Shown: in pieces, positions 56,101 to 64,000 of the stretch | How positions within the stretch are numbered: the stretch's first letter is position 1 | How the letters are laid out: the number at the start of each line of letters is the position of its first letter | Origin: an uncultured Eubacteriales bacterium | Lineage (GTDB): Bacteria; Bacillota; Clostridia; Oscillospirales; CAG-272 | DNA length: 64,000 nt | Assembly: GCA_963614875.1 (NCBI GenBank) | Contig: CAVEFC010000002.1 | Location: forward strand, 4,042-68,041 | Reading direction: 5' to 3' | The notes under the pieces: model-generated | The model's input: only the letters and a program-made list of their open reading frames with translations | Databases searched by the model: none | Told to the model about the DNA's origin: nothing | Made by a program: the position numbers and the translations under genes

Positions 56101-56728
56101 TCTGGGCGACGTTCACGTCGGCGCGATAGAGGAATACAAAGAGGTAAAAACCCGTTACGACGAGCTTTCCTCGCAGACAAAGGATCTGAGAAAATCCAAG
56201 GAGGAGCTGCTTTCGATTGTCGTTTCGCTCGAAGAACGTATGAAAGAGGATTTTTCCGCTACGTTTGAAGAGATAAACGTAAACTTCGGGCAGGTGTTCC
56301 GCGCGCTGTTCGGCGGCGGCTCTGCGGAGCTGAAGCTGACGGACAAGATAGACGTTCTCAATTCCGGCATAGAGATAAACGTTGCGCCTCCCGGAAAGGT
56401 CATAAAAAATATGTCGCTGCTTTCGGGCGGCGAGCAGGCGTTCGTTGCGATAGCGCTGTATTTTGCAATACTGAAAGTCACGCCGTCGCCGTTCTGCATA
56501 CTTGACGAAATCGAAGCGGCGCTTGACGAAATAAACGTGGACAAGCTTGCCGATTATCTTAAAAATTATTCGGAGAGAACGCAGTTTGTCGTTATCACGC
56601 ACCGCAGAGGCACAATGGAAGCGGCGGACAGGATATACGGCGTGACGATGCACGAAAAGGGAATTTCCGACGTGCTTTCGATAAACGTATCCGAAATAGA
56701 AGCAAAAACGGGAGAAAAGCCCGTTTAA
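53105..56728 (+). CDS. smc: Chromosome segregation protein SMC
   Basis: GTG start. Walker A GPNGSGKSN, long coiled coils, a hinge (..GRATFYPIT..), then LSGGEQ and Walker B ILDEIEAALD. Confidence 0.97.
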   Translation: MRLKTLEMQGFKSFPDKTVISFDRGITVVVGPNGSGKSNISDAMRWVLGEISSKNIRGSKMEDVIFAGSQKRSPMGYAEVSVTFDNTEDDGKIVSLSEYDEITVTRRYYRVGESEYFINRKPVRLKDIHELFMNTGLGKGGYSIIGQGKIAEIISSKSEDRRAIFEEAAGIAKYRYQKQEAERKLDATLDNLVRLEDIESELEGRIAPLEKESEKAKKYLALRDEKKALDLALSIFDIDTAKAESGELEKSLAAAKNSLDRSDETLAGLEKRDEELFSSLQSEKAESERAGEDISALTEKIFVGEGEIKLAENDNAHLSETVTASRARIAEKKAVLSAAEEEKKHCLEAVGQSEKRLSALDGRREKAAAELKAQEDKINDCAAVTIGLTEKYEQAQKDDVEAKVAVSVAESQREANLKKCDELTVELSKHDEDIGMLDERINRAKEKISGYDKKLGESDFETGKISAKKEELIVLSRKLAGQKNDLFLEISQRKHQISNLLRMEELLEGYSRAVRFLMTEYRAGNLTDRNGAVPKIYGPVSQFVTVDEKYSAALEVAFGQSLQNIIVDDEDCAKTAIAFLKRRNAGRATFYPITTMKGNTVSGKALGIDGLDGYIAIASELVGCDEKFRGIADYLTGRIIVAKNTDCASVIARRLGFRYKVVTLDGQVINAGGSYTGGSVSTDSQMLSRRAQIDRLGAEVASLEKDSAETEKDIAENEKAIKAVTEQEKTALGAGAMIKTLRDAESTQMQILVSNRDVLKEARQQIVSQLSELSSLAKREGENAGECTEKRRRLSEEMAAIEKRLCDIGREKADAEKKAEAKKTELSDCLIDIAREEKSAEMAQNALSAATEKYIAASDDIKALEESAADAEARIAENTAKAKEITAQISALKAEVERINSEKAALSARSLETERKLTEVRAKQKEMTHSRELIFREYANTEAAYKRAVEKSDKLISFLWEEYETTYTQACELCGERITEKTRKDAASKQGRLKSEIKALGDVHVGAIEEYKEVKTRYDELSSQTKDLRKSKEELLSIVVSLEERMKEDFSATFEEINVNFGQVFRALFGGGSAELKLTDKIDVLNSGIEINVAPPGKVIKNMSLLSGGEQAFVAIALYFAILKVTPSPFCILDEIEAALDEINVDKLADYLKNYSERTQFVVITHRRGTMEAADRIYGVTMHEKGISDVLSINVSEIEAKTGEKPV

Positions 56729-56739
56729 GGAGAAAAACT

Positions 56740-57651
56740 ATGGGATTTTTTGAAAAACTGAAACAAGGTCTTGCAAAGACGAAAAAAACGCTTTCGGACG
56801 GAATAGAAAACATATTCCGCAGCTTTGTGAAGATCGACGAGGAGCTTTTCGACGAACTTGAAGAGCTTCTGATAAGCTCGGATGTGGGCGTTGAAACGAC
56901 GGAGGCTGTTCTCGACAGCCTGCGCGACAGGCTCAAAGAAAAGCGTATAACCGATCCCGAGCAGGCAAAGGAGGAGCTGATATCGCTTCTTGCCGAAATG
57001 ACGGGTGAGGGCGGCGATATTCCGTTTGAGGACGGAAAAATGACGGTTATTCTTGTTATCGGAGTGAACGGCGTCGGAAAAACGACCTCCATTGCGAAGA
57101 TAGCAAACGTGCTTAAAAGCGACGGCAAAAAGGTTGTGCTTGCTGCGGCGGATACGTTTCGTGCGGCGGCAGCCGATCAGCTTTGCGTGTGGGCGGAAAG
57201 AGTGGGCGTCGATGTTGTGCGTCAGAGCGAGGGCTCGGATCCCGCGGCTGTGGTTTTCGACGCGATAGCCGCCGCGAAAAAGCGCAAAGCGGACGCGCTG
57301 ATAATCGACACGGCGGGCAGACTTCACAACAAGAAAAACCTTATGGCAGAGCTTGAGAAAATCAACCGCGTGATCGACCGCGAGCTTCCCGACTGCATAA
57401 GGGAAACGCTTCTTGTGCTCGATTCGACGACAGGTCAGAACGCGGTAATTCAGGCGCAGGAATTCGGCAACGCCGCGCGTCTTACGGGCATTGTCCTTAC
57501 CAAGCTTGACGGCACCGCAAAGGGCGGAATTATAATATCGATACGCCGCACGCTCGGAATTCCGGTGAAATTCATCGGCGTGGGAGAAAAGGTTGACGAC
57601 CTTCAGAAATTCGATCCGCAGGAATTTGTCCGCGCGCTTTTCGGTGAATGA
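56740..57651 (+). CDS. ftsY: Signal recognition particle receptor FtsY
   Basis: NG domain with GVNGVGKTTSIAK, DTAGRLHN and TKLDGTAKGG. Confidence 0.95.
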   Translation: MGFFEKLKQGLAKTKKTLSDGIENIFRSFVKIDEELFDELEELLISSDVGVETTEAVLDSLRDRLKEKRITDPEQAKEELISLLAEMTGEGGDIPFEDGKMTVILVIGVNGVGKTTSIAKIANVLKSDGKKVVLAAADTFRAAAADQLCVWAERVGVDVVRQSEGSDPAAVVFDAIAAAKKRKADALIIDTAGRLHNKKNLMAELEKINRVIDRELPDCIRETLLVLDSTTGQNAVIQAQEFGNAARLTGIVLTKLDGTAKGGIIISIRRTLGIPVKFIGVGEKVDDLQKFDPQEFVRALFGE

Positions 57652-57652
57652 T

Positions 57653-58246
57653 ATGGTAAAGATACTTCTTGCAACGGGAAATCCACACAAGGCAAGGGAG
57701 CTTTCCGCAATGCTTTCGGGCTGTGATGCCGAGGTGCTGACGCTTAAGGACGTCGGCTTTACGGGAGAGATAACCGAGGACGGCAAAACATTTGAAGAAA
57801 ACGCCGAAATAAAAGCGAGAGCGGCGGCTTCGCTCGGATATATCGGCGTCGGGGACGATTCGGGGCTTTGCGTCGATTTTCTCGGCGGAGCGCCCGGGGT
57901 ATATTCCGCACGGTATGCGGGCGAGCCGTGCGACAATGCGAAAAACAACGAAAAGCTGCTTTCCGAAATGGCAGGCGTGCCGGAGGAGAAGCGCGGAGCA
58001 AAATTCGTCTGCGTGATATGCTGCGTCTTTCCGGACGGAAGAAAGATAATTTCAAGGGGCGAATGTTCCGGGAGAATACTTACTTCATACGCGGGGAGCG
58101 GAGGCTTCGGGTACGATCCGCTGTTTTTCTGCACGGAAAGAGGAAAAAGCTACGCCGAGATGACGGAGGAAGAAAAAAATTCCGTAAGTCACAGGGCGAG
58201 AGCAATGAACGGATTTCTTGATAAATTCGTTTCGGAGATAAAATAA
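57653..58246 (+). CDS. rdgB: Non-canonical purine NTP pyrophosphatase (RdgB/HAM1)
   Basis: MVKILLATGNPHKAREL...DDSGLCVDFLGGAPGVYSARY...GSGGFGYDPLF...SHRARA. The track start at 57593 overlaps ftsY and is rejected. Confidence 0.9.
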   Translation: MVKILLATGNPHKARELSAMLSGCDAEVLTLKDVGFTGEITEDGKTFEENAEIKARAAASLGYIGVGDDSGLCVDFLGGAPGVYSARYAGEPCDNAKNNEKLLSEMAGVPEEKRGAKFVCVICCVFPDGRKIISRGECSGRILTSYAGSGGFGYDPLFFCTERGKSYAEMTEEEKNSVSHRARAMNGFLDKFVSEIK

Positions 58247-58260
58247 TAACGGAGAAAGAA

Positions 58261-58563
58261 ATGCTTACAAGTAAACAGAGAGCATACCTGCGCGGAAAAG
58301 CGTCGGTTGCGGATACGATTTTTCAGATAGGCAAGGGCGGAATAGGCGACAATATGATAAAGCAGCTTTACGACGCGCTCGAAGCCAGAGAGCTTATAAA
58401 AATAAGAACGCTTGACAACAGCGACGTTTCGCCGAGAGAAGCGGCGGAAAGGATATCGGCGGTGCTCGGAGCCGAGGTGGTATGCGTCATAGGCAGTAAA
58501 ATAGTTCTTTACAGGGAATCGAGAAAGCACAAAAAGCTCAGCCTTGAAATAAAGGCGCTGTAA
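58261..58563 (+). CDS. yhbY: Ribosome assembly RNA-binding protein YhbY (CRM domain)
   Basis: MLTSKQRAYLRGKA...IFQIGKGGI...ELIKI. Confidence 0.9.
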   Translation: MLTSKQRAYLRGKASVADTIFQIGKGGIGDNMIKQLYDALEARELIKIRTLDNSDVSPREAAERISAVLGAEVVCVIGSKIVLYRESRKHKKLSLEIKAL

Positions 58564-58595
58564 AGAAAAACATTATCGAAAAGGGTTTTTATCTT

Positions 58596-59225
58596 ATGGA
58601 AGACAAAAACGTAACATTTGAAAAGCTGAAAAACGAAGTGAAAAAATATCAGTGCGAGCAGAGATATCTGCACACGCTCAGCGTTTACGGCGAATGTAAA
58701 AAGCTTGCCGATATTTTTTCGCTTCCGGAAAAAGAAAGGGAAGAGCTTCTTACTGCGGCGCTTCTTCACGACATAACAAAGGATATGGACGGCAAAACCC
58801 AGATAGAGCTTTGCAAAAAGTACGGTATTACTCCGCCCGCAAGCGAAAAGGACCCGATGCCCACGATTCATCAGGACACGGGCGCGTTTTTCGCACGCGA
58901 AATTTTCGGAGAAAAAACGGTGGACGACGCGGTATTTTATGCGATAGCCTCACACACCACCGGCAGAGAGGGTATGACAAATATCGACAAGATGCTTTTT
59001 CTTGCCGATTATATCGAGCCGCGCAGAAAGTACAAATCCTGTGCGGAAACAAGGGAATATTTATATTCCGAATGTGCAAAAATAAACAAAAACGATAAAG
59101 CGGCACTTTTCAGGCTCCTGAGCAAAACGGTGGTTGACGTTATCGCCTATACGGTGGATTATCTTATAAGCAAAAGACGTATGATCGACCACAGAATGAT
59201 AATAGTCTGGAACAGCCTGATCTGA
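58596..59225 (+). CDS. yqeK: HD-domain bis(5'-nucleosyl)-tetraphosphatase YqeK
   Basis: RYLHTLSV...AALLHDITK...IASHTTG...LADYIEPRR. Confidence 0.85.
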   Translation: MEDKNVTFEKLKNEVKKYQCEQRYLHTLSVYGECKKLADIFSLPEKEREELLTAALLHDITKDMDGKTQIELCKKYGITPPASEKDPMPTIHQDTGAFFAREIFGEKTVDDAVFYAIASHTTGREGMTNIDKMLFLADYIEPRRKYKSCAETREYLYSECAKINKNDKAALFRLLSKTVVDVIAYTVDYLISKRRMIDHRMIIVWNSLI

Positions 59226-59245
59226 ATGTCGCGGGGCAGGTAAAA

Positions 59246-60376
59246 TTGAACGGTAAAAAATTTGATGATAAAAACGAAAACAGACGTCTTTCCGGCAAGC
59301 TTGTCACGATAGTGACGCTCGGCGTGCTTGCGGCGCTTATAATAATCGTGGCGCTTTTTATGTCCTTGTATAAGCCCGGGGTTGAGGATGATCCTCATTT
59401 CGCGACAAGCGGACATACGGACACGACGACAACCTCGCGGGACGAGCAGACATCGACAGATCCTTATTCGCGGAAAAAAGGATATTATACCTTTCTTATA
59501 GCCGGAACGGACGTTATTTCAAATAATACGGACGTTTTGATGCTGGCTTCTTTCGACACGGTAAAGGGCGAAATAAATATAGTTCAGATTCCGCGCGACA
59601 CGTTCGTGAACAAAACCGTCGGCGGATATCAGACGGTGACGAGGGTAAATTCCGTATATGCGGCTGCATACAACAGAAGCACGGCGTCGGGCTCGCGCGG
59701 CGCGACGGCAAGACATGTTGCGATGAAGGATCTCAAATCAAGACTCGAAGCGAGCCTTTGCGTAAATCTTGATTATTATGTGCTTGTCAGCACCTCGTCT
59801 TTCCGCAGGATAGTCGACGCAATAGGCGGCGTGTGGTTTGACGTTCCCGAGGATATGGATTACGACGATCCGGAGCAGGAGCTTTCGATACACCTTAAAA
59901 AAGGCTATCAGCTTCTCGACGGAGAAAATGCGGAGGGGCTTATCCGCTTCAGAAGCGGTTATGCGCAGGGAGATCTTGACCGTGTTTCCGTCCGTGCGGA
60001 TTTTCTGCGCGCAATGATGAAGCAGGTAAAGGAAAATCTGACAGCCGACGCCCTTGCGACGATAGCAGGCGAGCTTCTTACCTCGGTTGATTCTTCGGTT
60101 TCGCTTACGGACGCGGTGTATTTTGCAAAGCAGCTGTATTCGGTATCCTCCGAAAACTTCACGGTGACAACGCTTTCCGGCTCGTCGGTTATGAATCCGC
60201 AGACGGGACTTTGGAGCTATTACGTTATAAACAAAAAAGGCGCGCTCGCCGACATAAACAGATATCTCAACGTGTTTTCGGGAGATATCGCGGCGGATAT
60301 TTTCGACAGTAAGGGCTTCTTTACGGATTCCGAAGACGAAGCCCACGCATATATAAACAATTATTATTTATCATAG
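59246..60376 (+). CDS. LCP-family (LytR-CpsA-Psr) cell-envelope phosphotransferase
   Basis: N-terminal TM anchor, then TFLIAGTD...TDVLMLASFD...INIVQIPRDT and ...GENAEGLIRFRSGY..GDLDRV. Confidence 0.85.
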   Translation: MNGKKFDDKNENRRLSGKLVTIVTLGVLAALIIIVALFMSLYKPGVEDDPHFATSGHTDTTTTSRDEQTSTDPYSRKKGYYTFLIAGTDVISNNTDVLMLASFDTVKGEINIVQIPRDTFVNKTVGGYQTVTRVNSVYAAAYNRSTASGSRGATARHVAMKDLKSRLEASLCVNLDYYVLVSTSSFRRIVDAIGGVWFDVPEDMDYDDPEQELSIHLKKGYQLLDGENAEGLIRFRSGYAQGDLDRVSVRADFLRAMMKQVKENLTADALATIAGELLTSVDSSVSLTDAVYFAKQLYSVSSENFTVTTLSGSSVMNPQTGLWSYYVINKKGALADINRYLNVFSGDIAADIFDSKGFFTDSEDEAHAYINNYYLS

Positions 60377-60385
60377 GAGAGAGAA

Positions 60386-60790
60386 ATGGACGAAAGCAAA
60401 AACGAAAAAATGACGTCGCTTGCGGGCGCATCCTCGGAGGAGATTGCGCGCGCTGCAGCGGAAGTGCTTGATTCTATGAAGGCACGCGACATAAAGCTTC
60501 TGCGCGTTTCGGACAAAACGGTTATGACGGATTACTTTGTCATCTGCTCGGGAACGTCGAACACGCAGATAAAAGCCCTTTCGGGAGAGGTTGAATACAG
60601 GCTCGGCGAAAGAGGCGTTCTTCCGCTTCATATCGAGGGATATGAAACGGGTACATGGATAGCGATGGATTATGCTCACGTTATGGTGCATATTTTCAAC
60701 AGAGAGCAGAGAGATTTTTACAAGCTCGAAAAGCTCTGGGGCGACGCCTGCGAGGTGCCGCTGAATACGGAAGGCGGGAAGGAGGACTGA
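60386..60790 (+). CDS. rsfS: Ribosome silencing factor RsfS
   Basis: ...DIKLLRVSDKTVMTDYFVICSGTSNTQIKALSGEVEYRL...WIAMDYAHVMVHIFNREQRDFYKLEKLW. Confidence 0.93.
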   Translation: MDESKNEKMTSLAGASSEEIARAAAEVLDSMKARDIKLLRVSDKTVMTDYFVICSGTSNTQIKALSGEVEYRLGERGVLPLHIEGYETGTWIAMDYAHVMVHIFNREQRDFYKLEKLWGDACEVPLNTEGGKED

Positions 60791-60791
60791 T

Positions 60792-63194
60792 ATGATTTAC
60801 GATTTCAAAGCGATTGAACCGAAATGGCAAAAAATATGGGACGAAAAAAAGGCTTTTTCCGCGGTTGACGGCTCGGAAAAGAAAAAGTTTTACGCGCTTG
60901 TCGAATTTCCTTATCCTTCGGGAGCGGGAATGCACGTCGGACATATAAAGGCGTACAGCGGACTTGAAGTGATTTCGAGGAAGAGAAGAATGGAGGGCTA
61001 TAACGTCCTGTTCCCGATGGGCTTTGACGCCTTCGGACTGCCCACGGAAAACTATGCGATAAAAACGGGCATTCATCCGAGAAAGGTAACGGATACGAAC
61101 ATTGCCAAGTTTACCTCACAGCTTCGTCGCGTGGGCTTTGCGTTCGACTGGGACAGAGTTATAGATACGACGGACGAGGACTACTACAAATGGACGCAGT
61201 GGATATTCCTCAAAATGTTTGAAAACGGGCTTGTTTTCAGAGATACCGCGCTTGTAAATTATTGTCCTTCGTGCAAGGTTGTGCTTTCAAACGAGGATTC
61301 TCAGGGCGGAAAGTGCGACGTCTGCCACAGCGATATCATTCAGAAATCAAAGGACGTATGGTATCTTCGCATAACAAAATATGCGGACAGGCTGCTTTCC
61401 GGTCTTGACGAGGTGGATTATCTGCCCAACATAAAGCAGCAGCAGATAAACTGGATAGGCAAATCGACGGGAGCGTTTGTAAATTTCTCGCTTTCGGGCA
61501 TTGACGAAAAGCTCCGCATTTATACAACCCGTCCCGATACGCTTTTCGGCGTTACGTTTATGGTTATGGCGCCGGAGCATCCGATAATAGAAAAATATAA
61601 GGACAGAATAAAGAATATCGAAGCTGTCGAAGCCTACAAGGCGGAATGTGCAAAGAAGACGGAATTCGAGCGCACGCAGCTTGTAAAGGACAAAACGGGC
61701 GTAAAAATCGACGGTATCTGCGCCGTAAATCCCGTAAACAACAAGGAAATTCCGATATACATAGCGGATTACGTTATGATGGGCTACGGCACTGGGGCAA
61801 TTATGGCTGTTCCCGCGCACGATCAGCGCGACTATGATTTCGCAAAGGCGTTCGGTATAGATATAATCGAGGTCATAAAGGGCGGAGATATAACAAAACA
61901 GGCATATACCGAAAGCGGCGAGATGGTAAACTCGGGCTTCCTTGACGGTATGACAAACAAAAAGGATTCCATCGCGAAAATGCTTGAATATCTTGAAGAA
62001 AAGGGCATAGGCGAGGCGGGCGTTCAGTACAAAATGAAGGACTGGGCGTTCAATCGTCAGAGATACTGGGGTGAGCCGATACCGATAGTTCATTGTCCGC
62101 ACTGCGGAATGGTACCCGTGCCCTACGACGAGCTTCCGCTCCGTCTGCCCGACATACAGAATTTCGAGCCGGGACAGAACGGCGAAAGTCCGCTTGCGAA
62201 AATAGAAAGCTTTGTAAACTGCAAGTGCCCCAAATGCGGCGGTGACGCAAAGAGAGAGACCGATACGATGCCGCAGTGGGCGGGCTCATCGTGGTATTTC
62301 CTGCGTTACATCGATCCGCACAACGAAAATATGCTTGCCGATCCCGACAAGCTGAAATACTGGATGCCTGTCGATTGGTACAACGGCGGAATGGAACACG
62401 TTACCCGCCATATGATATATTCGCGCTTCTGGCATAAATTCCTTTACGATATAGGCGCGGTGCCCTGCGACGAGCCTTATGCAAAGAGAACCGCGCAGGG
62501 ACTTATTCTCGGGCCGGACGGGGAAAAGATGTCAAAATCAAAGGGAAACGTTGTCGATCCCAACGACGTTGTGGACGAATACGGCGCGGATGTTCTCCGT
62601 ACTTACGTACTCTTTATGGGCGATTACACGAGCGCGGCTCCGTGGTCGGAATCGAGCGTGAGAGGCTGCAAGCGCTTTATAGAAAGAGTATGGGGAATGC
62701 TCTTTATGACAAAGGGCGGCGGCACAACGGAAAAGCTTGAAGCCTCGTTCCACAAGACCGTAAAGAAGGTTTCCTCGGATATCGAGCAGATGAAGTTCAA
62801 TACGGCGATCGCCGCAATGATGTCGCTGACAAACGAAATTTACGAAAACGGCAGTCTTACCACGGACGAGCTCGGAATATTCGTTCGTTTGCTCTGTCCG
62901 TTTGCTCCGCATATATGCGAGGAGCTCTGGGAAAGAATCGGCGGAAAGGGACTCTGCTCGCTTGCTCCGTGGCCGGAATACGACGAATCGAAAACAAAGG
63001 ACGATACCGTTACCATCGCGGTTCAGATATGCGGCAAGCTCCGCGACACCGTTCAGGCGCCGGCGGACGCCGATCAGGCGACGGTCGAAGCGCTTGCAAA
63101 GTCGAGCGAAAAAATAGCGGGCGCAATCGCCGGAAAACAGATAGTGAAAGAGATATATGTGAAGAACAAAATCTTCAATATCGTGGTCAGATGA
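60792..63194 (+). CDS. leuS: Leucine--tRNA ligase
   Basis: FPYPSGAGMHVGH (HIGH), KMSKSKGN (KMSKS) and a CP1 editing domain. 800 aa. Confidence 0.97.
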   Translation: MIYDFKAIEPKWQKIWDEKKAFSAVDGSEKKKFYALVEFPYPSGAGMHVGHIKAYSGLEVISRKRRMEGYNVLFPMGFDAFGLPTENYAIKTGIHPRKVTDTNIAKFTSQLRRVGFAFDWDRVIDTTDEDYYKWTQWIFLKMFENGLVFRDTALVNYCPSCKVVLSNEDSQGGKCDVCHSDIIQKSKDVWYLRITKYADRLLSGLDEVDYLPNIKQQQINWIGKSTGAFVNFSLSGIDEKLRIYTTRPDTLFGVTFMVMAPEHPIIEKYKDRIKNIEAVEAYKAECAKKTEFERTQLVKDKTGVKIDGICAVNPVNNKEIPIYIADYVMMGYGTGAIMAVPAHDQRDYDFAKAFGIDIIEVIKGGDITKQAYTESGEMVNSGFLDGMTNKKDSIAKMLEYLEEKGIGEAGVQYKMKDWAFNRQRYWGEPIPIVHCPHCGMVPVPYDELPLRLPDIQNFEPGQNGESPLAKIESFVNCKCPKCGGDAKRETDTMPQWAGSSWYFLRYIDPHNENMLADPDKLKYWMPVDWYNGGMEHVTRHMIYSRFWHKFLYDIGAVPCDEPYAKRTAQGLILGPDGEKMSKSKGNVVDPNDVVDEYGADVLRTYVLFMGDYTSAAPWSESSVRGCKRFIERVWGMLFMTKGGGTTEKLEASFHKTVKKVSSDIEQMKFNTAIAAMMSLTNEIYENGSLTTDELGIFVRLLCPFAPHICEELWERIGGKGLCSLAPWPEYDESKTKDDTVTIAVQICGKLRDTVQAPADADQATVEALAKSSEKIAGAIAGKQIVKEIYVKNKIFNIVVR

Positions 63195-63256
63195 CGTCCG
63201 GTGGCGGATATTTTCGCAGAAAAAGCGGAAATATCAGAAAATAATGAAAATAATTA

Positions 63257-63285
63257 TTGACAAAATACTTTTCGGACTATATAAT
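63257..63285 (+). promoter_or_regulatory. Consensus sigma-A promoter for yceD-rpmF
   Basis: TTGACA (63257-63262), 17-nt spacer, TATAAT (63280-63285). Confidence 0.65.
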
Positions 63286-63331
63286 ATAAGGTGCTGAATT
63301 ATGGCGCAACATTTAAGCGGGTGGTGCAGAG

Positions 63332-63841
63332 ATGTATTTGGATCTTAAGCCGGTTTTATGCGGCGAAACGAAGAAGATAACGTTTGAGCTTCCGCTTGAA
63401 ACCGCCGATATTGAGGAGATAAAAACACTTTTCCCCGATATTACGGAGGTCGCTCCCGCAAGCGTTTCGGGAGAGGTTGTGAATATGTCGGGATATATGG
63501 TTTTAAGGGAAAATGCTCTTATCAGGTTCTCGGCTCCGTGCGCCAGATGTGCAGAAACGGCAAATTCCGAGCTTTCGCTCTCTTTTGAAAAATGTATCGC
63601 CACAGGAGATGTTTCAAATGACAACGACGATTACATTTTCCCCGAGGACACGAAGCTCGATATAACGGCGCCGCTTTTCGAGGAGATGCTCCTTGAAATG
63701 CCGTCGAAAATCCTTTGCCGAGAGGATTGTCGCGGTCTTTGTCCGCGATGCGGAAAAAACTTGAACGAAGGCGATTGCGATTGCAAAAGGCCTGAGGGAG
63801 ATCCGAGGCTTGCAATACTCAGAACGCTTCTTGATAAGTAA
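63332..63841 (+). CDS. yceD: YceD-family (DUF177) protein
   Basis: C-terminal ...CREDCRGLCPRCGKNLNEGDCDC...DPRLAIL motif. It lies immediately upstream of rpmF, as is typical. Confidence 0.88.
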   Translation: MYLDLKPVLCGETKKITFELPLETADIEEIKTLFPDITEVAPASVSGEVVNMSGYMVLRENALIRFSAPCARCAETANSELSLSFEKCIATGDVSNDNDDYIFPEDTKLDITAPLFEEMLLEMPSKILCREDCRGLCPRCGKNLNEGDCDCKRPEGDPRLAILRTLLDK

Positions 63842-63888
63842 ATACGCAAGGCAACAGATAAGAAAAATAATATAGGAGGTCATTCGAC

Positions 63889-64000
63889 ATGGCAGTACCG
63901 AAGAAAAAAGTCTCTAAGGCAAGAAGAGACAAAAGACGTTCCAGCGTCTGGAAACTCGATCTTCCCGGCATGACAAAATGCCCCAAATGCGGTGAATATA
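63889..64000 (+). CDS. rpmF: 50S ribosomal protein L32 (5' part; runs off the window)
   Basis: [37 protein letters not shown]... RBS is AGGAGG. Confidence 0.93.
   Translation, partial: MAVPKKKVSKARRDKRRSSVWKLDLPGMTKCPKCGEY

Overview
This 64 kb window looks like core chromosome from a low- to mid-GC Firmicute. I infer a Clostridia or Oscillospiraceae-like anaerobe from gene content and order, GGAGG ribosome-binding sites and TTGACA-N17-TATAAT promoters. It holds about 60 protein-coding genes and one tRNA-Lys(UUU). I found no rRNA, CRISPR array, IS element or recognisable prophage.

Most genes are housekeeping:
- Replication and repair: ligA, addA-like, dprA, topA, smc.
- Translation and RNA: obg, rqcH, pnp, rpsO, rpmB, trmB, infC-rpmI-rplT, a TrmH-family methyltransferase, rnc, yhbY, rsfS, leuS, yceD, rpmF.
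- Metabolism and membrane: nifJ (pyruvate:ferredoxin oxidoreductase), fba, plsX, ftsY, rdgB, yqeK.

Gene orientation runs in three blocks: plus strand for 1-18.3 kb, mostly minus for 18.3-42.7 kb, and plus for 42.8-64 kb.

The parts worth a second look are small accessory islands between the housekeeping genes:
1. An nrdG / nrdD / trxB-like cluster. NrdD carries a C-terminal CPNC glutaredoxin-like domain. The tightly coupled flavoreductase lacks the NADPH HRRxxxR motif.
2. A three-gene operon encoding an ABC half-transporter with a long N-terminal zinc-ribbon extension, a DUF1854 protein and the c-di-AMP receptor DarA.
3. An unannotated 31-aa peptide with 7 cysteines, followed by a hairpin and an XRE regulator.
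4. Two near-identical palindromes followed by 3.2 copies of a 74-bp tandem repeat downstream of obg.
5. A divergent XRE / 91-aa gene pair with a thrice-repeated TGTATGT operator-like motif, next to tRNA-Lys.
6. An HPr-fold protein that contains no histidine.
7. A short pentein-like orphan protein.
8. Tandem esterase paralogs sharing a 116-nt near-identical tract.

All family assignments come from reading motifs by eye. No database search was run.
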